Notes under the pieces: model-generated
The model's database searches: none
Told to the model about the DNA's origin: nothing
Seen by the model: the letters and a program-made list of their open reading frames with translations, nothing else
Translations under genes and position numbers: made by a program
NCBI GenBank assembly: GCA_001873435.1
Contig: MNZB01000004.1
Span: 307,004 to 371,003 of the forward strand
Direction of reading: 5' to 3'
Source: Candidatus Pacebacteria bacterium CG2_30_36_39
GTDB taxonomy: Bacteria > Patescibacteriota > Microgenomatia > UBA1400 > PJMF01
DNA: 64,000 nucleotides
Part shown: in pieces, positions 48,076 through 56,581 of the stretch
Layout of the letters: every line of letters starts with the position of its first letter
Numbering within the stretch: the stretch's first letter is position 1

Positions 48076-50249
48076 TCTCGTTTTTTAGAATAGCGTTCGC
48101 GGCTTACTTTAATGACTTTGTCTTTATTCATATTACTACTCTTAGCTAAAGCTAAAGTATGGGCTGGAAATGGTTTTGAGATAACATTATCAATAGAGAT
48201 TCTATTAATAATTTGATGTTTTTCAAGAGAAACCAATTCTTCTGGAGTGTAATGTTCACCAAACTCTCGACTAAATACTTGGGCATCTTCTGAACCCATG
48301 ACAAAACTTGCAGTACTTCCACAGTTACCAAAAATAGCTTTTTGTACTTCTTCTGGAATCTGAGCAATATATTGATTTGCTAAGGTTAAGTTAAGACGAT
48401 ATTTACGAGCTTCGGAAAGAATTTTAATAAATGCTTCAGTAGCAAAGTTTTGGAATTCATCTACGTAAAGATAAAAATCTCGACGTTGTTCTTCTGGAAT
48501 ATTTACTCTGGCCATAGCAGCAAGTTGAATTTTAGTAATCATCATGGCGCCTAAAAGAGTAGCATTATCTTCACCCAATTTTCCTTGTGAAAGATTAACT
48601 AGGAGTATTTTTCCCTCATTCATAATGTCTTCAATATCAAAAGAACTTTTGTGAGCATTAACAACATTACGAATTAAAGGAGATGAGGTAAACTGTCCAA
48701 CTTTATTTAAGATAGAAGCGATTGATTCTGTACGCAATCTATCTTGCATCTTGTTGTATTCATCAACCCAATAACTTTTAAGAATGGGATCTTGAAGATT
48801 TTCAACATATTTTTCACGAAACTTAGGATTGGTTAAAAGCTCTAGGATGTCAGAAAGCCTGGCATTATCACTGGTTAAAAGAGTTAAAAGGGCATTGCGT
48901 AGGATATATTCCAAACGAGGACCCCAAGAATATCCGTAGAGTTTTTGAAAAATAGAGATGATTCCAGAAGCAATTAGTTCTCGATGAACTACATTTTTAC
49001 CTTCAAAAAGATTTATTTGAACTGTTCTCTCTGGATCACTAGGATCAAAATAAATAACGTCATTAATACGACGAGCTGGGATGTAGTTGAGAAGAGTTTC
49101 TACTAGATCTCCATGTGGATCAATAACACAAATACCAGCTCCATTTTTTAAGTCGTTGATAGCCATATTTGCTAGTAGGGTTGATTTACCAGTGCCTGTT
49201 TTGCCAATGACATACATATGGCGTCTACGGTCTACACTTCGTAGTCCATATTTAACACTACGATTTTTGAAAGTAGTTTCAGCAAAAACATTAGTGTTAT
49301 TTTTTAATTCAGGATCGGTGTCTTTGGTAATAATGGGTAGGTTTTCTGGTGGTTCGCCCAAGAGATTTTTACCCCAAGCAATGTTTGGGATAACCTCTAG
49401 ATCTTTGTTTGGTAAGTGATATAGAGTGGCTAATTCATCTAAGGCTAAGTGAAAGCGAGGGGAGCGCAAGAATGAGCGTTGTTGCATCATTTTTATAAAA
49501 TGGGTTTTGAAGACATAGTTTCGGCGCAGTACCAAGAGATTTCCTTCGCTTTTAGAAATTGCGTTATAGGTAGCAGCTAAGGTTTCTAAGATTAATTCAC
49601 TACGCTGGGTAGATTCAGTACGGATAGCAATTTTTATGCCAACTTTTAATGATTCTTTTTTGAGTTTTTCTTCAATAATAGATTTTTGGCGGTGATATCC
49701 AGATACGCTATCATCACTAGACTTATTCTCTATTTGTTGCCATCCTTTACGCTTCCATCCTTCTTTATCCTGAGAAGCTACATATTGAATGTGGATTACG
49801 TCATTTGGTTGGCTTTTGGAAAGAGAGGCTAATAGAGAGGCCAAGGGATCAACTTCTTTGAAGTCGGTGTAGGTTTTTAAGGGTAAATATTCTGCATTAG
49901 CAAGTTTTAAGTTGCCGGTTTTAACAAATGAAGGGGTAATGAGTTTGCCGTTAACATCAAAGAAATCTAAGAGAGGATCTTCTAGTGGTTCTGTTATCAA
50001 TGATTCTGGATAACTGGCAATTAAACTACCTCTGAGGTATTCAGCTAAACGTTCTGGAATATACATTAGAAATCTAATTACTTGATCACGAACTACAATT
50101 TCTAGGCTGAAATGTTCTTCTTTGCCAATGAGTTTATAAAAAATATTGTTATAAAGTTTTGGTAAAGTAGAATAAAGTTGAACAGCTGTTTCAGGAGTAT
50201 GTTCAGCATCGCGACCAGTTCGAATTTCAATTAATGTATGTGGCGTCAT
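48072..50249 (-). CDS. VirD4/TraD-like coupling ATPase
   Basis: DRRRHMYVIGKTGTGKS, IDPHGD, WGPRLE, LYVDEFQNF, LSEARKYRL..ANQY; start placed at ATG 50249. Confidence 0.88.
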   Translation of the reverse strand: MTPHTLIEIRTGRDAEHTPETAVQLYSTLPKLYNNIFYKLIGKEEHFSLEIVVRDQVIRFLMYIPERLAEYLRGSLIASYPESLITEPLEDPLLDFFDVNGKLITPSFVKTGNLKLANAEYLPLKTYTDFKEVDPLASLLASLSKSQPNDVIHIQYVASQDKEGWKRKGWQQIENKSSDDSVSGYHRQKSIIEEKLKKESLKVGIKIAIRTESTQRSELILETLAATYNAISKSEGNLLVLRRNYVFKTHFIKMMQQRSFLRSPRFHLALDELATLYHLPNKDLEVIPNIAWGKNLLGEPPENLPIITKDTDPELKNNTNVFAETTFKNRSVKYGLRSVDRRRHMYVIGKTGTGKSTLLANMAINDLKNGAGICVIDPHGDLVETLLNYIPARRINDVIYFDPSDPERTVQINLFEGKNVVHRELIASGIISIFQKLYGYSWGPRLEYILRNALLTLLTSDNARLSDILELLTNPKFREKYVENLQDPILKSYWVDEYNKMQDRLRTESIASILNKVGQFTSSPLIRNVVNAHKSSFDIEDIMNEGKILLVNLSQGKLGEDNATLLGAMMITKIQLAAMARVNIPEEQRRDFYLYVDEFQNFATEAFIKILSEARKYRLNLTLANQYIAQIPEEVQKAIFGNCGSTASFVMGSEDAQVFSREFGEHYTPEELVSLEKHQIINRISIDNVISKPFPAHTLALAKSSNMNKDKVIKVSRERYSKKRD

Positions 50250-50307
50250 AAAACTAGCCTTCATTATATACAAAGATCAGGTGCAAAGGGGAGAGCAGAG
50301 TCCAAAA

Positions 50308-50664
50308 TTAATGAATTTCAGCTTTGGTTAGCGCGTTTAGAAAGTCAGGCATTTCAGTGGAGATTGTTGATTGGACGCCAAAGATATCTCTAAAGATAGC
50401 CATGCGCATAATTTCATAAAGATACATGGGATCCCAGTAAATATTTAAGTATTTCAAAGCTAAATCAATCATTGTTTCAGCTTGTTCCAGATTTTGACCC
50501 ATTCCAAGTGGTTCCATGTTTGTGCCTGGTAGACCTTCTGTTTGGGGTAAGTGAAATAGATATTCTGCTTCTTGTCCATTTTCAGCCTCTCTTTCAATTA
50601 GCTGTACTTTGACGCCATTTTTTTCTATTTCTTTGATAATTTTTCCAAAAATTGGTTTTTCCAT
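50308..50664 (-). CDS. Hypothetical protein
   Basis: 118-aa ORF; ATG 50664 lies 6 nt after TATAAT. Confidence 0.6.
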   Translation of the reverse strand: MEKPIFGKIIKEIEKNGVKVQLIEREAENGQEAEYLFHLPQTEGLPGTNMEPLGMGQNLEQAETMIDLALKYLNIYWDPMYLYEIMRMAIFRDIFGVQSTISTEMPDFLNALTKAEIH

Positions 50665-50816
50665 AAGCTTATTATACACGATTTGAGTTATTATCTAGTT
50701 TTCCTCATTATTTTTATGGTTGTTGAAAACTAATATATGTAGTCTGGTTATTCCTTAAATATATTGTTATGAGATATGAATAAATATGCATAAAAATAAC
50801 TATAAGATAGCAAATG

Positions 50817-50846
50817 TTGACAAAAATAGCTTAAAAGAGTTATAGT
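50817..50846 (+). promoter_or_regulatory. Sigma70 promoter
   Basis: TTGACA (50817-22), 18 nt, TATAGT (50841-46). Confidence 0.65.
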
Positions 50847-50864
50847 GAATTACGTCAAAATAAA

Positions 50865-51174
50865 TACCCGAAAGAGTTCAGATGGTTTTGGAAGAACATT
50901 TGGACATGGAAGATCGAGTAGGGGATTTAAAAGACCTTAAAATCGGAAGAAAAAAAATCCACCGATTTGTAGATTCCAGAACATGGCAGGCAGAACTACA
51001 AAACGGTGGATCACAGTGCAACATTACCGCTGGAAGACCACGAATAATATTGCTCAGGTATTTCTCACGTTACTCCTCAGAGTGTGTGAGAGATGATCTG
51101 AACATAGCATTTTCGTCGGGTACGGTAAACTAGATATTTATGATTATTACTATACTTTTCTATATAGTAATGAT
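50865..51174 (+). ncRNA. Candidate structured RNA overlapping an 83-aa ORF (50882-51133)
   Basis: Helices 50865-71/51116-22, 50876-83/51096-103, 50957-72/50996-51011, 51059-69/51085-95, 51142-74. Confidence 0.4.
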
Positions 51175-51207
51175 CGAGGTTGGTGTATAATACGGGTTAT
51201 ATTTGTG

Positions 51208-51272
51208 AAAAGCGTTGGGTTGAAGTTCGGTCGGTTGGGCAGGCTACCGAACTTCAGCTTAACGCTTTTTTT
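51208..51272 (+). terminator. Long hairpin terminator (about 24 bp stem with G-U pairs)
   Basis: aaaagcgttgggttgaagttcggt...accgaacttcagcttaacgcttttttt. Confidence 0.75.
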
Positions 51273-51402
51273 ATTGACTAAATTTATTTTTTTTAAGCTC
51301 ATAATTTTTTTTATTTGACACAAATTGATATAATAACAACCTGTCTAGAAATCTTTAGGCACATTTGCTGTGTAAAATAAGATTTTTAGACATTTTTTAA
51401 GC

Positions 51403-51965
51403 TCGTTAACATGAGAAATTGTTTACAAAAATTAAGGAAACTTTAATTGATGCCTGGTCTATCTTAGATAGTCTTAGTCTGGAGAAATATATTTTTAATT
51501 CTTTAGACTGAGGCTATCTATTTGCTCTCACGTGAGTGAGAGGTTATAGCTGGTCTACACCAATTCAAGGAGTTCAATGATGAAAATTGTTGACATGCAA
51601 GATTTCTTCACCAGGCTTGTAAAAGATGTGGAGACAGTCGAAGCGCTACGCGCTAAGATTCGTCCCATGCTTGAGGATGAAGGATCAACCGACTACGTTC
51701 AGCCAGACGTCGAAACCAATTGCACCTGCGAGCGCAATCTACGTGCTCACCTTCAGGACATTATGGACGACGACCAGATTGCCCGGCTTGCGCTGGGGCT
51801 GGAAGAAGAGAACGAAGAAGGTTGGTTGGAGGATTTGCAGGCTCAATTCCCCAACTTAAAGATCTTTGTCATCGGCCCATAGCCAAAAGAATCGCGCTCT
51901 AACACAATGGTGCACGGCTTGCCGTGCACCATTCCTTGATTGTTTAAACATTCTCATGTTAACGA
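51403..51965 (+). repeat. Inverted repeats enclosing a structured leader, small ORF and 3' hairpin
   Basis: tcgttaacatgagaa (51403-17) is the exact reverse complement of 51951-65; pairing continues imperfectly to about 51438/51933. Confidence 0.85.
51577..51882 (+). CDS. Small acidic hypothetical protein, GC-rich relative to flanks
   Basis: AAGGAG SD 51567-72; 101 aa, D/E rich, CxC..H; about 50% GC. Confidence 0.7.
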   Translation: MMKIVDMQDFFTRLVKDVETVEALRAKIRPMLEDEGSTDYVQPDVETNCTCERNLRAHLQDIMDDDQIARLALGLEEENEEGWLEDLQAQFPNLKIFVIGP

Positions 51966-52021
51966 CTTCCGCTTTTAAAGTTTTAGAAATATATTTTACT
52001 CAAGTAATTTATCCTATAACA

Positions 52022-52050
52022 TTGACTTTTAGCTAAATATAAGCTATAAT
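52022..52050 (+). promoter_or_regulatory. Sigma70 promoter
   Basis: TTGACT-17 nt-TATAAT, 10 nt before ATG 52061. Confidence 0.75.
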
Positions 52051-52060
52051 ACTTGATCTT

Positions 52061-52906
52061 ATGTCAAAACACATTAGTGCTAGACCAGTTACCAGATCTT
52101 TAACCTTTGCCAAGGCTTTGTTTCTTGGCGAATTAACAGGTAAAGTAGATGGCAACTTGGCTAAAAACATGTTGACTAAAAAACAACAACGTCGTCAAAA
52201 ACCAAATAAAAAACGATCTTTATTCAAAAACTTATTAAAAGGATTTTTGAATTTGATTATTGTTATTAGCTTTGGTGGATTATTGCTATGGCAAGGACCC
52301 AGCCTTCTTTATACTTTCTTTCCAAGAACTACTGAAAAACCAATAGCTCAAGCAACTGAGCTAAAAGGTGATTTTAATTTAAATTTTAACCTACTAGATG
52401 AAGCTGCTACTAAACGCAAACTTTTGCCTTCTAAGAGAAGTTATAAACCTCCATTTAATCCTAATTTACCCACAGGTAATTGGTTAATTATTCCTCGCAT
52501 TGGAGTTCGTTCAGAATTACAGCAAACCGAAAACTATGAAGAAGCTCTCAATACTGGAATTTGGTGGGTACCTGAGTTTGGTGGTCCAGGTGATCGCTCA
52601 AAACCAATGATTGTCGCTGGACATCGCTATGGCTTTGATTGGTGGTGGAAAGATGACTATTGGAAATACCATTCTTTCTATAATTTACCTGACCTAGAGC
52701 CAGGTGATAGAATCGAAATTATTGCCGATCAACGCAAGTGGGTTTATGAAATCTACGCAGGCGAAGAAGGCGAGGAAATTTCAGATTACCAAGCAGATTT
52801 AATTCTTTATACCTGCAAACACCTGGATTCTCCTATTCGCATTTTCCGTTATGCTAAACTGGTAGAGATTGAAGGAGAAAGTGCTTTAGGTGTACTTTCT
52901 GAATAA
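52061..52906 (+). CDS. Sortase family protein
   Basis: TM anchor; LIIPRIGV, VAGHR, FYNLPDLEPGD, LILYTC, downstream Arg (His-Cys-Arg triad). Confidence 0.85.
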   Translation: MSKHISARPVTRSLTFAKALFLGELTGKVDGNLAKNMLTKKQQRRQKPNKKRSLFKNLLKGFLNLIIVISFGGLLLWQGPSLLYTFFPRTTEKPIAQATELKGDFNLNFNLLDEAATKRKLLPSKRSYKPPFNPNLPTGNWLIIPRIGVRSELQQTENYEEALNTGIWWVPEFGGPGDRSKPMIVAGHRYGFDWWWKDDYWKYHSFYNLPDLEPGDRIEIIADQRKWVYEIYAGEEGEEISDYQADLILYTCKHLDSPIRIFRYAKLVEIEGESALGVLSE

Positions 52907-53008
52907 ACCTATTTTTTGAGCATTACCAATTGCTCTTATAAATGTAAATGAATTTGTAACATTCATCATCTTTTTTGTTTTTAGATCGATGTAAAATAAC
53001 TAACTTTT

Positions 53009-53755
53009 ATGCAACATAACAACTCAGCAAAACTAGCTGCATTTGATATTGATGGAACCCTAAGCACTGGAGTCCTATCATTGGCTTTGTTGGAAGAATT
53101 AGTTAAAAGAGGTTTATTTAGCGGTCAGGTTTTACGTTTTCTTCAGGGCATAGAAAATGATTATGCTCAAGGAAAATTGGGCCGTGAAGAAATGTCAGAG
53201 TTATGGCTACAGACTTATTTAAAAGAAATGACTGGCAAGGATTCTGAGCAATATGTTCTTGCTGCTCAAAAAGTTTGGGAAACAGCAAAAGCCAATACTT
53301 TTTCTTTTGTAAAACCATTGCTCAATGAATTAAATAATAGTGGTTTTACTACTCTTGTAATTAGCGCCAGCCCAAAAGAAATTGTGAGTTGTTTTTGTCA
53401 GGATAACTATTTTTCTGCTGAAAGATTTCGCGCTACTTCCGTGAAAGTAGACGAGCTGGGAAAGTATAGTGGAGAAGCAGAGATTGTTCTTTCATTAGCA
53501 AAACACAAACTAGAACAACTCAATGATTTGGTTGAAAAATTATATCCAGAAAAACAAATTGATTGGGAAAATTCTTTGGCAATGGGAGATTCCTTTTCTG
53601 ATGTTGAGATGTTGAGGGCTATGGGTAAACCAATTGTTATGAAAGAAGCCAATCGTACAGAAAATGATTTAGTACGAATTGCTAAGGAAAAAGGTTGGAC
53701 AGTTGTTGATGAGAATAATGCTTTGGAAAAGATAACTGCATTGATTGCTGAATAA
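53009..53755 (+). CDS. HAD-IB family phosphatase (SerB-like)
   Basis: FDIDGTL, VISAS, K, GDSFSDVEML. Confidence 0.88.
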   Translation: MQHNNSAKLAAFDIDGTLSTGVLSLALLEELVKRGLFSGQVLRFLQGIENDYAQGKLGREEMSELWLQTYLKEMTGKDSEQYVLAAQKVWETAKANTFSFVKPLLNELNNSGFTTLVISASPKEIVSCFCQDNYFSAERFRATSVKVDELGKYSGEAEIVLSLAKHKLEQLNDLVEKLYPEKQIDWENSLAMGDSFSDVEMLRAMGKPIVMKEANRTENDLVRIAKEKGWTVVDENNALEKITALIAE

Positions 53756-53760
53756 AAATT

Positions 53761-53789
53761 TTGACAAATCTGCCTTTGTTTGGCATAAT
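53761..53789 (+). promoter_or_regulatory. Sigma70 promoter of rho
   Basis: TTGACA-17 nt-CATAAT. Confidence 0.7.
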
Positions 53790-53913
53790 GTACGAATTCT
53801 CTTTGAGAATTATAGATATTCTCCAAAAGAAACTCTCCCAAAAACTATTTTATATGGACTGTTTATTAGATATTTTTTTGTCATAAGTAATTAAGAAAGG
53901 AAACAGAAGCTGT

Positions 53914-55290
53914 ATGCCAGCCAAAACTGTTACTACTGCGGATAAAGCTGCAGAAGAATTAAAGGTAAAACCTAGCGAAGTTGCTAGTGAACCAACCATC
54001 ACCGAAGAGGCTGATGTAGAAAAATCAGAAGCTCCAGAAGTTTCGAATAATAATTTCAGTAGAACTGAAGAAAACAGAAACCAATATTCTAGAGGTAGAA
54101 TTTCTGTTTCTCCTCGTAGAACTGTGATTTCTCGTAAGCCAATCCACGAAAGAGAAGAAGACATCATAGAAACTATTACCGGTTCTTTGGATAACTCCAG
54201 AGAAGGTCATGGTATTTTGCGCGTATCTTTTTCTGAAGATGAGCGAGATACCTATATTTCCAATGCTCAAATTCGTAGATTAAAATTGAGACCTGGCGAT
54301 GTAGTCACTGGTCCTGCTAGAAAACCTAAAGAAAACGAACGTTATTGGGGTCTATTACAGGTAGATGCGGTAAACGGCAAAACTGTTGAAGAATTTCTTA
54401 AAGAAAATCGTCCATTTTTCAAGAATTTGACTCCGGTTTATCCAGATGAACAAATTATTCTTGAAACTGGAACAGAACCTTTGTCTTTGCGTATGATCGA
54501 TATGATCGCACCAATTGGTAAGGGTCAGAGAAGTTTAATTGTTTCTCCTCCAAAAGCTGGTAAAACCACTTTATTAAAAAACATTGCCACTGGTGTAGCT
54601 GCTAATAATCCAGAAATTCATCAAATTGCAGTTTTAGTAGGTGAGAGGCCTGAGGAAGTGACTGATATTCGTCGTCATATTGCTACCATTACTGATGGAA
54701 AAGGCGAAGTTGCTGCAAGTAACTTTGATGAGTCGGCTCAAGATCAAGTTAGAGTTGCTGAATTAGCATTGGAAAGAGCTAAACGCATGGTGGAAAGCGG
54801 TCGAGATGTAATTATCTTGCTTGATTCCATCACTCGTCTTGCTCGTGCCTATAACTTGGCAATGCCTACTTCTGGTAGAACCCTATCTGGTGGTTTTGAT
54901 CCAGCAGCCTTGTTTCCACCAAAAAAATTCTTTGGTGCAGCTCGTAACTTTGAAATTCCTGGGTCATTAACTATTATTGGTACAGCCTTGGTTGATACTG
55001 GTTCTAGAATGGATGACTTGGTTTATGAAGAATTTAAGGGTACTGGTAATCAAGAGGTGCACTTGGATCGTACGATGGCTGAGCGTCGTATCCACCCAGC
55101 TATTGATGTACAAAAATCTGGTACACGTCGCGACGATTTAATGGTCGAGCCTATGACTTATCAATCAATTATTACTTTGCATCGTATGTTGGATATGCTC
55201 AATAAAGATGACCGTACTCAAACTTTGATCGATAAGCTTAAACGCTCTAAATCAAACAAAGAGTTTTTGGCTTCATTAAAAACAGGTTAA
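53914..55290 (+). CDS. rho: Transcription termination factor Rho
   Basis: APIGKGQRSLIVSPPKAGKT, ERPEEVTD, LDSITRLARAYN, EEFKGTGN. Confidence 0.98.
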   Translation: MPAKTVTTADKAAEELKVKPSEVASEPTITEEADVEKSEAPEVSNNNFSRTEENRNQYSRGRISVSPRRTVISRKPIHEREEDIIETITGSLDNSREGHGILRVSFSEDERDTYISNAQIRRLKLRPGDVVTGPARKPKENERYWGLLQVDAVNGKTVEEFLKENRPFFKNLTPVYPDEQIILETGTEPLSLRMIDMIAPIGKGQRSLIVSPPKAGKTTLLKNIATGVAANNPEIHQIAVLVGERPEEVTDIRRHIATITDGKGEVAASNFDESAQDQVRVAELALERAKRMVESGRDVIILLDSITRLARAYNLAMPTSGRTLSGGFDPAALFPPKKFFGAARNFEIPGSLTIIGTALVDTGSRMDDLVYEEFKGTGNQEVHLDRTMAERRIHPAIDVQKSGTRRDDLMVEPMTYQSIITLHRMLDMLNKDDRTQTLIDKLKRSKSNKEFLASLKTG

Positions 55291-55307
55291 TAAAAAGATA
55301 AAAAAAG

Positions 55308-55343
55308 AAAATCCTCATTCTCTTTAAGAGTGAGGATTTTTTT
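55308..55343 (+). terminator. Rho-independent terminator
   Basis: aaaatcctcattct-cttta-agagtgaggattttttt. Confidence 0.8.
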
Positions 55344-55409
55344 ATGGACTTAAGCAAACTATTAGATCATTTTATTGTCTGGTAGAATGAATGGTAACTT
55401 AATCGAATT

Positions 55410-56537
55410 ATGCAGGAAAAAAAGATCAGCTTTCGTGAACGATTAATAGTCAAGGATATCCAAGACTACTTTCTTTTTTTGCGTGCCTATGTCAAGTATC
55501 GAGGTTATGGTTGGTTTTCTCGTTTTGAAGGAGGAAAAGACTTCTTAGTTGACTTGCTTTATAAAAAACGCGGTCGTTACGCTCGACCATTTTTGCATTT
55601 TGGCACTATTGGCCTGGTATTTTTATTGATTACTGTAGGTCCAGTTATTCTTAATGACGCAGAAAAACAGCAAGCAGGAAATATTGGTCCTATTCTAAGC
55701 ACTGCTACTGCTTATGCTCCTGATTTTTATACCCTTCAAGCAGAAGAAGTTCGTCAATATCGTGGTGGTGAAATCATTGACCACATAGTTTCTGATGGAG
55801 AAACTCTTTCTAGCATTGCTCAGCGCTACGGCTTACAAGTTAGTACTATTCTTTGGGAAAATAATTTAACTGAAAAATCTAAAATTAAAGCTGGTGATGA
55901 GCTAAGAATCTTACCAGTTGATGGAATAAGGCATAAAGTTGCTAGAGGTGAAACAATTTATTCCATAGGTAGAAAATATGGTTTAGAAGACTCTCAATTG
56001 CAGGTAATCGTTGACTATCCTTTTAATGAATTTCTTAATGATGAAGATTTTGATGTAGTAGCCGGTCAGTATCTTATGGTTCCAAATGGAGTTATGCCAA
56101 GAGCAATTGCCTCAGGAACTACCAATGCTACTCGCTATGGTGTTTTAACACCTGACGCTGGTAGTGTTTCTGCATCTGGATCATTTATTTGGCCAGCATC
56201 TGGTAGAATCACCCAGGGTTATAGTTTTTACCATAAAGCATTTGATATCGCAAATAAAGCAGGAGGACAAATTTTGGCTACTGATGCTGGAGTTGTCACT
56301 GTGGCAGGTTGGCTTGATAACACTGGATATGGCAATCGTGTCATGATAGATCATGGCAATGGCTTTGTTACCCTCTATGCCCACATGAGCGTTATTCAAG
56401 TTAAGGCCGGCCAAAGAGTAAAGCGCGGAGATGTTTTGGGTCAAATGGGAAATACTGGTAGATCAACTGGTACTCATTTACATTTTGAAATTCGTCAGGG
56501 TGGAGCTTTATTGAACCCAAGTAATTATCTTAGATAA
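55410..56537 (+). CDS. LysM-repeat M23 family peptidase
   Basis: Two LysM (GETLSSIAQRYG, GETIYSIGRKYG); HKAFDIA, LYAHM, GRSTGTHLHFE. Confidence 0.93.
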   Translation: MQEKKISFRERLIVKDIQDYFLFLRAYVKYRGYGWFSRFEGGKDFLVDLLYKKRGRYARPFLHFGTIGLVFLLITVGPVILNDAEKQQAGNIGPILSTATAYAPDFYTLQAEEVRQYRGGEIIDHIVSDGETLSSIAQRYGLQVSTILWENNLTEKSKIKAGDELRILPVDGIRHKVARGETIYSIGRKYGLEDSQLQVIVDYPFNEFLNDEDFDVVAGQYLMVPNGVMPRAIASGTTNATRYGVLTPDAGSVSASGSFIWPASGRITQGYSFYHKAFDIANKAGGQILATDAGVVTVAGWLDNTGYGNRVMIDHGNGFVTLYAHMSVIQVKAGQRVKRGDVLGQMGNTGRSTGTHLHFEIRQGGALLNPSNYLR

Positions 56538-56581
56538 AATACATAAATTAATTACGAAAATAATTTTGTAAGACAGGAAAA

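Noticed and set aside
51208-51272. SRP (4.5S) RNA
   Set aside because: Lacks the conserved CAGG..GGAA..AGCA domain IV motif; better explained as a long terminator
51403-51965. Autonomous IS element or retron
   Set aside because: ORF has no transposase or reverse transcriptase motifs and no adjacent target-site duplication is evident; a non-autonomous element is not fully excluded
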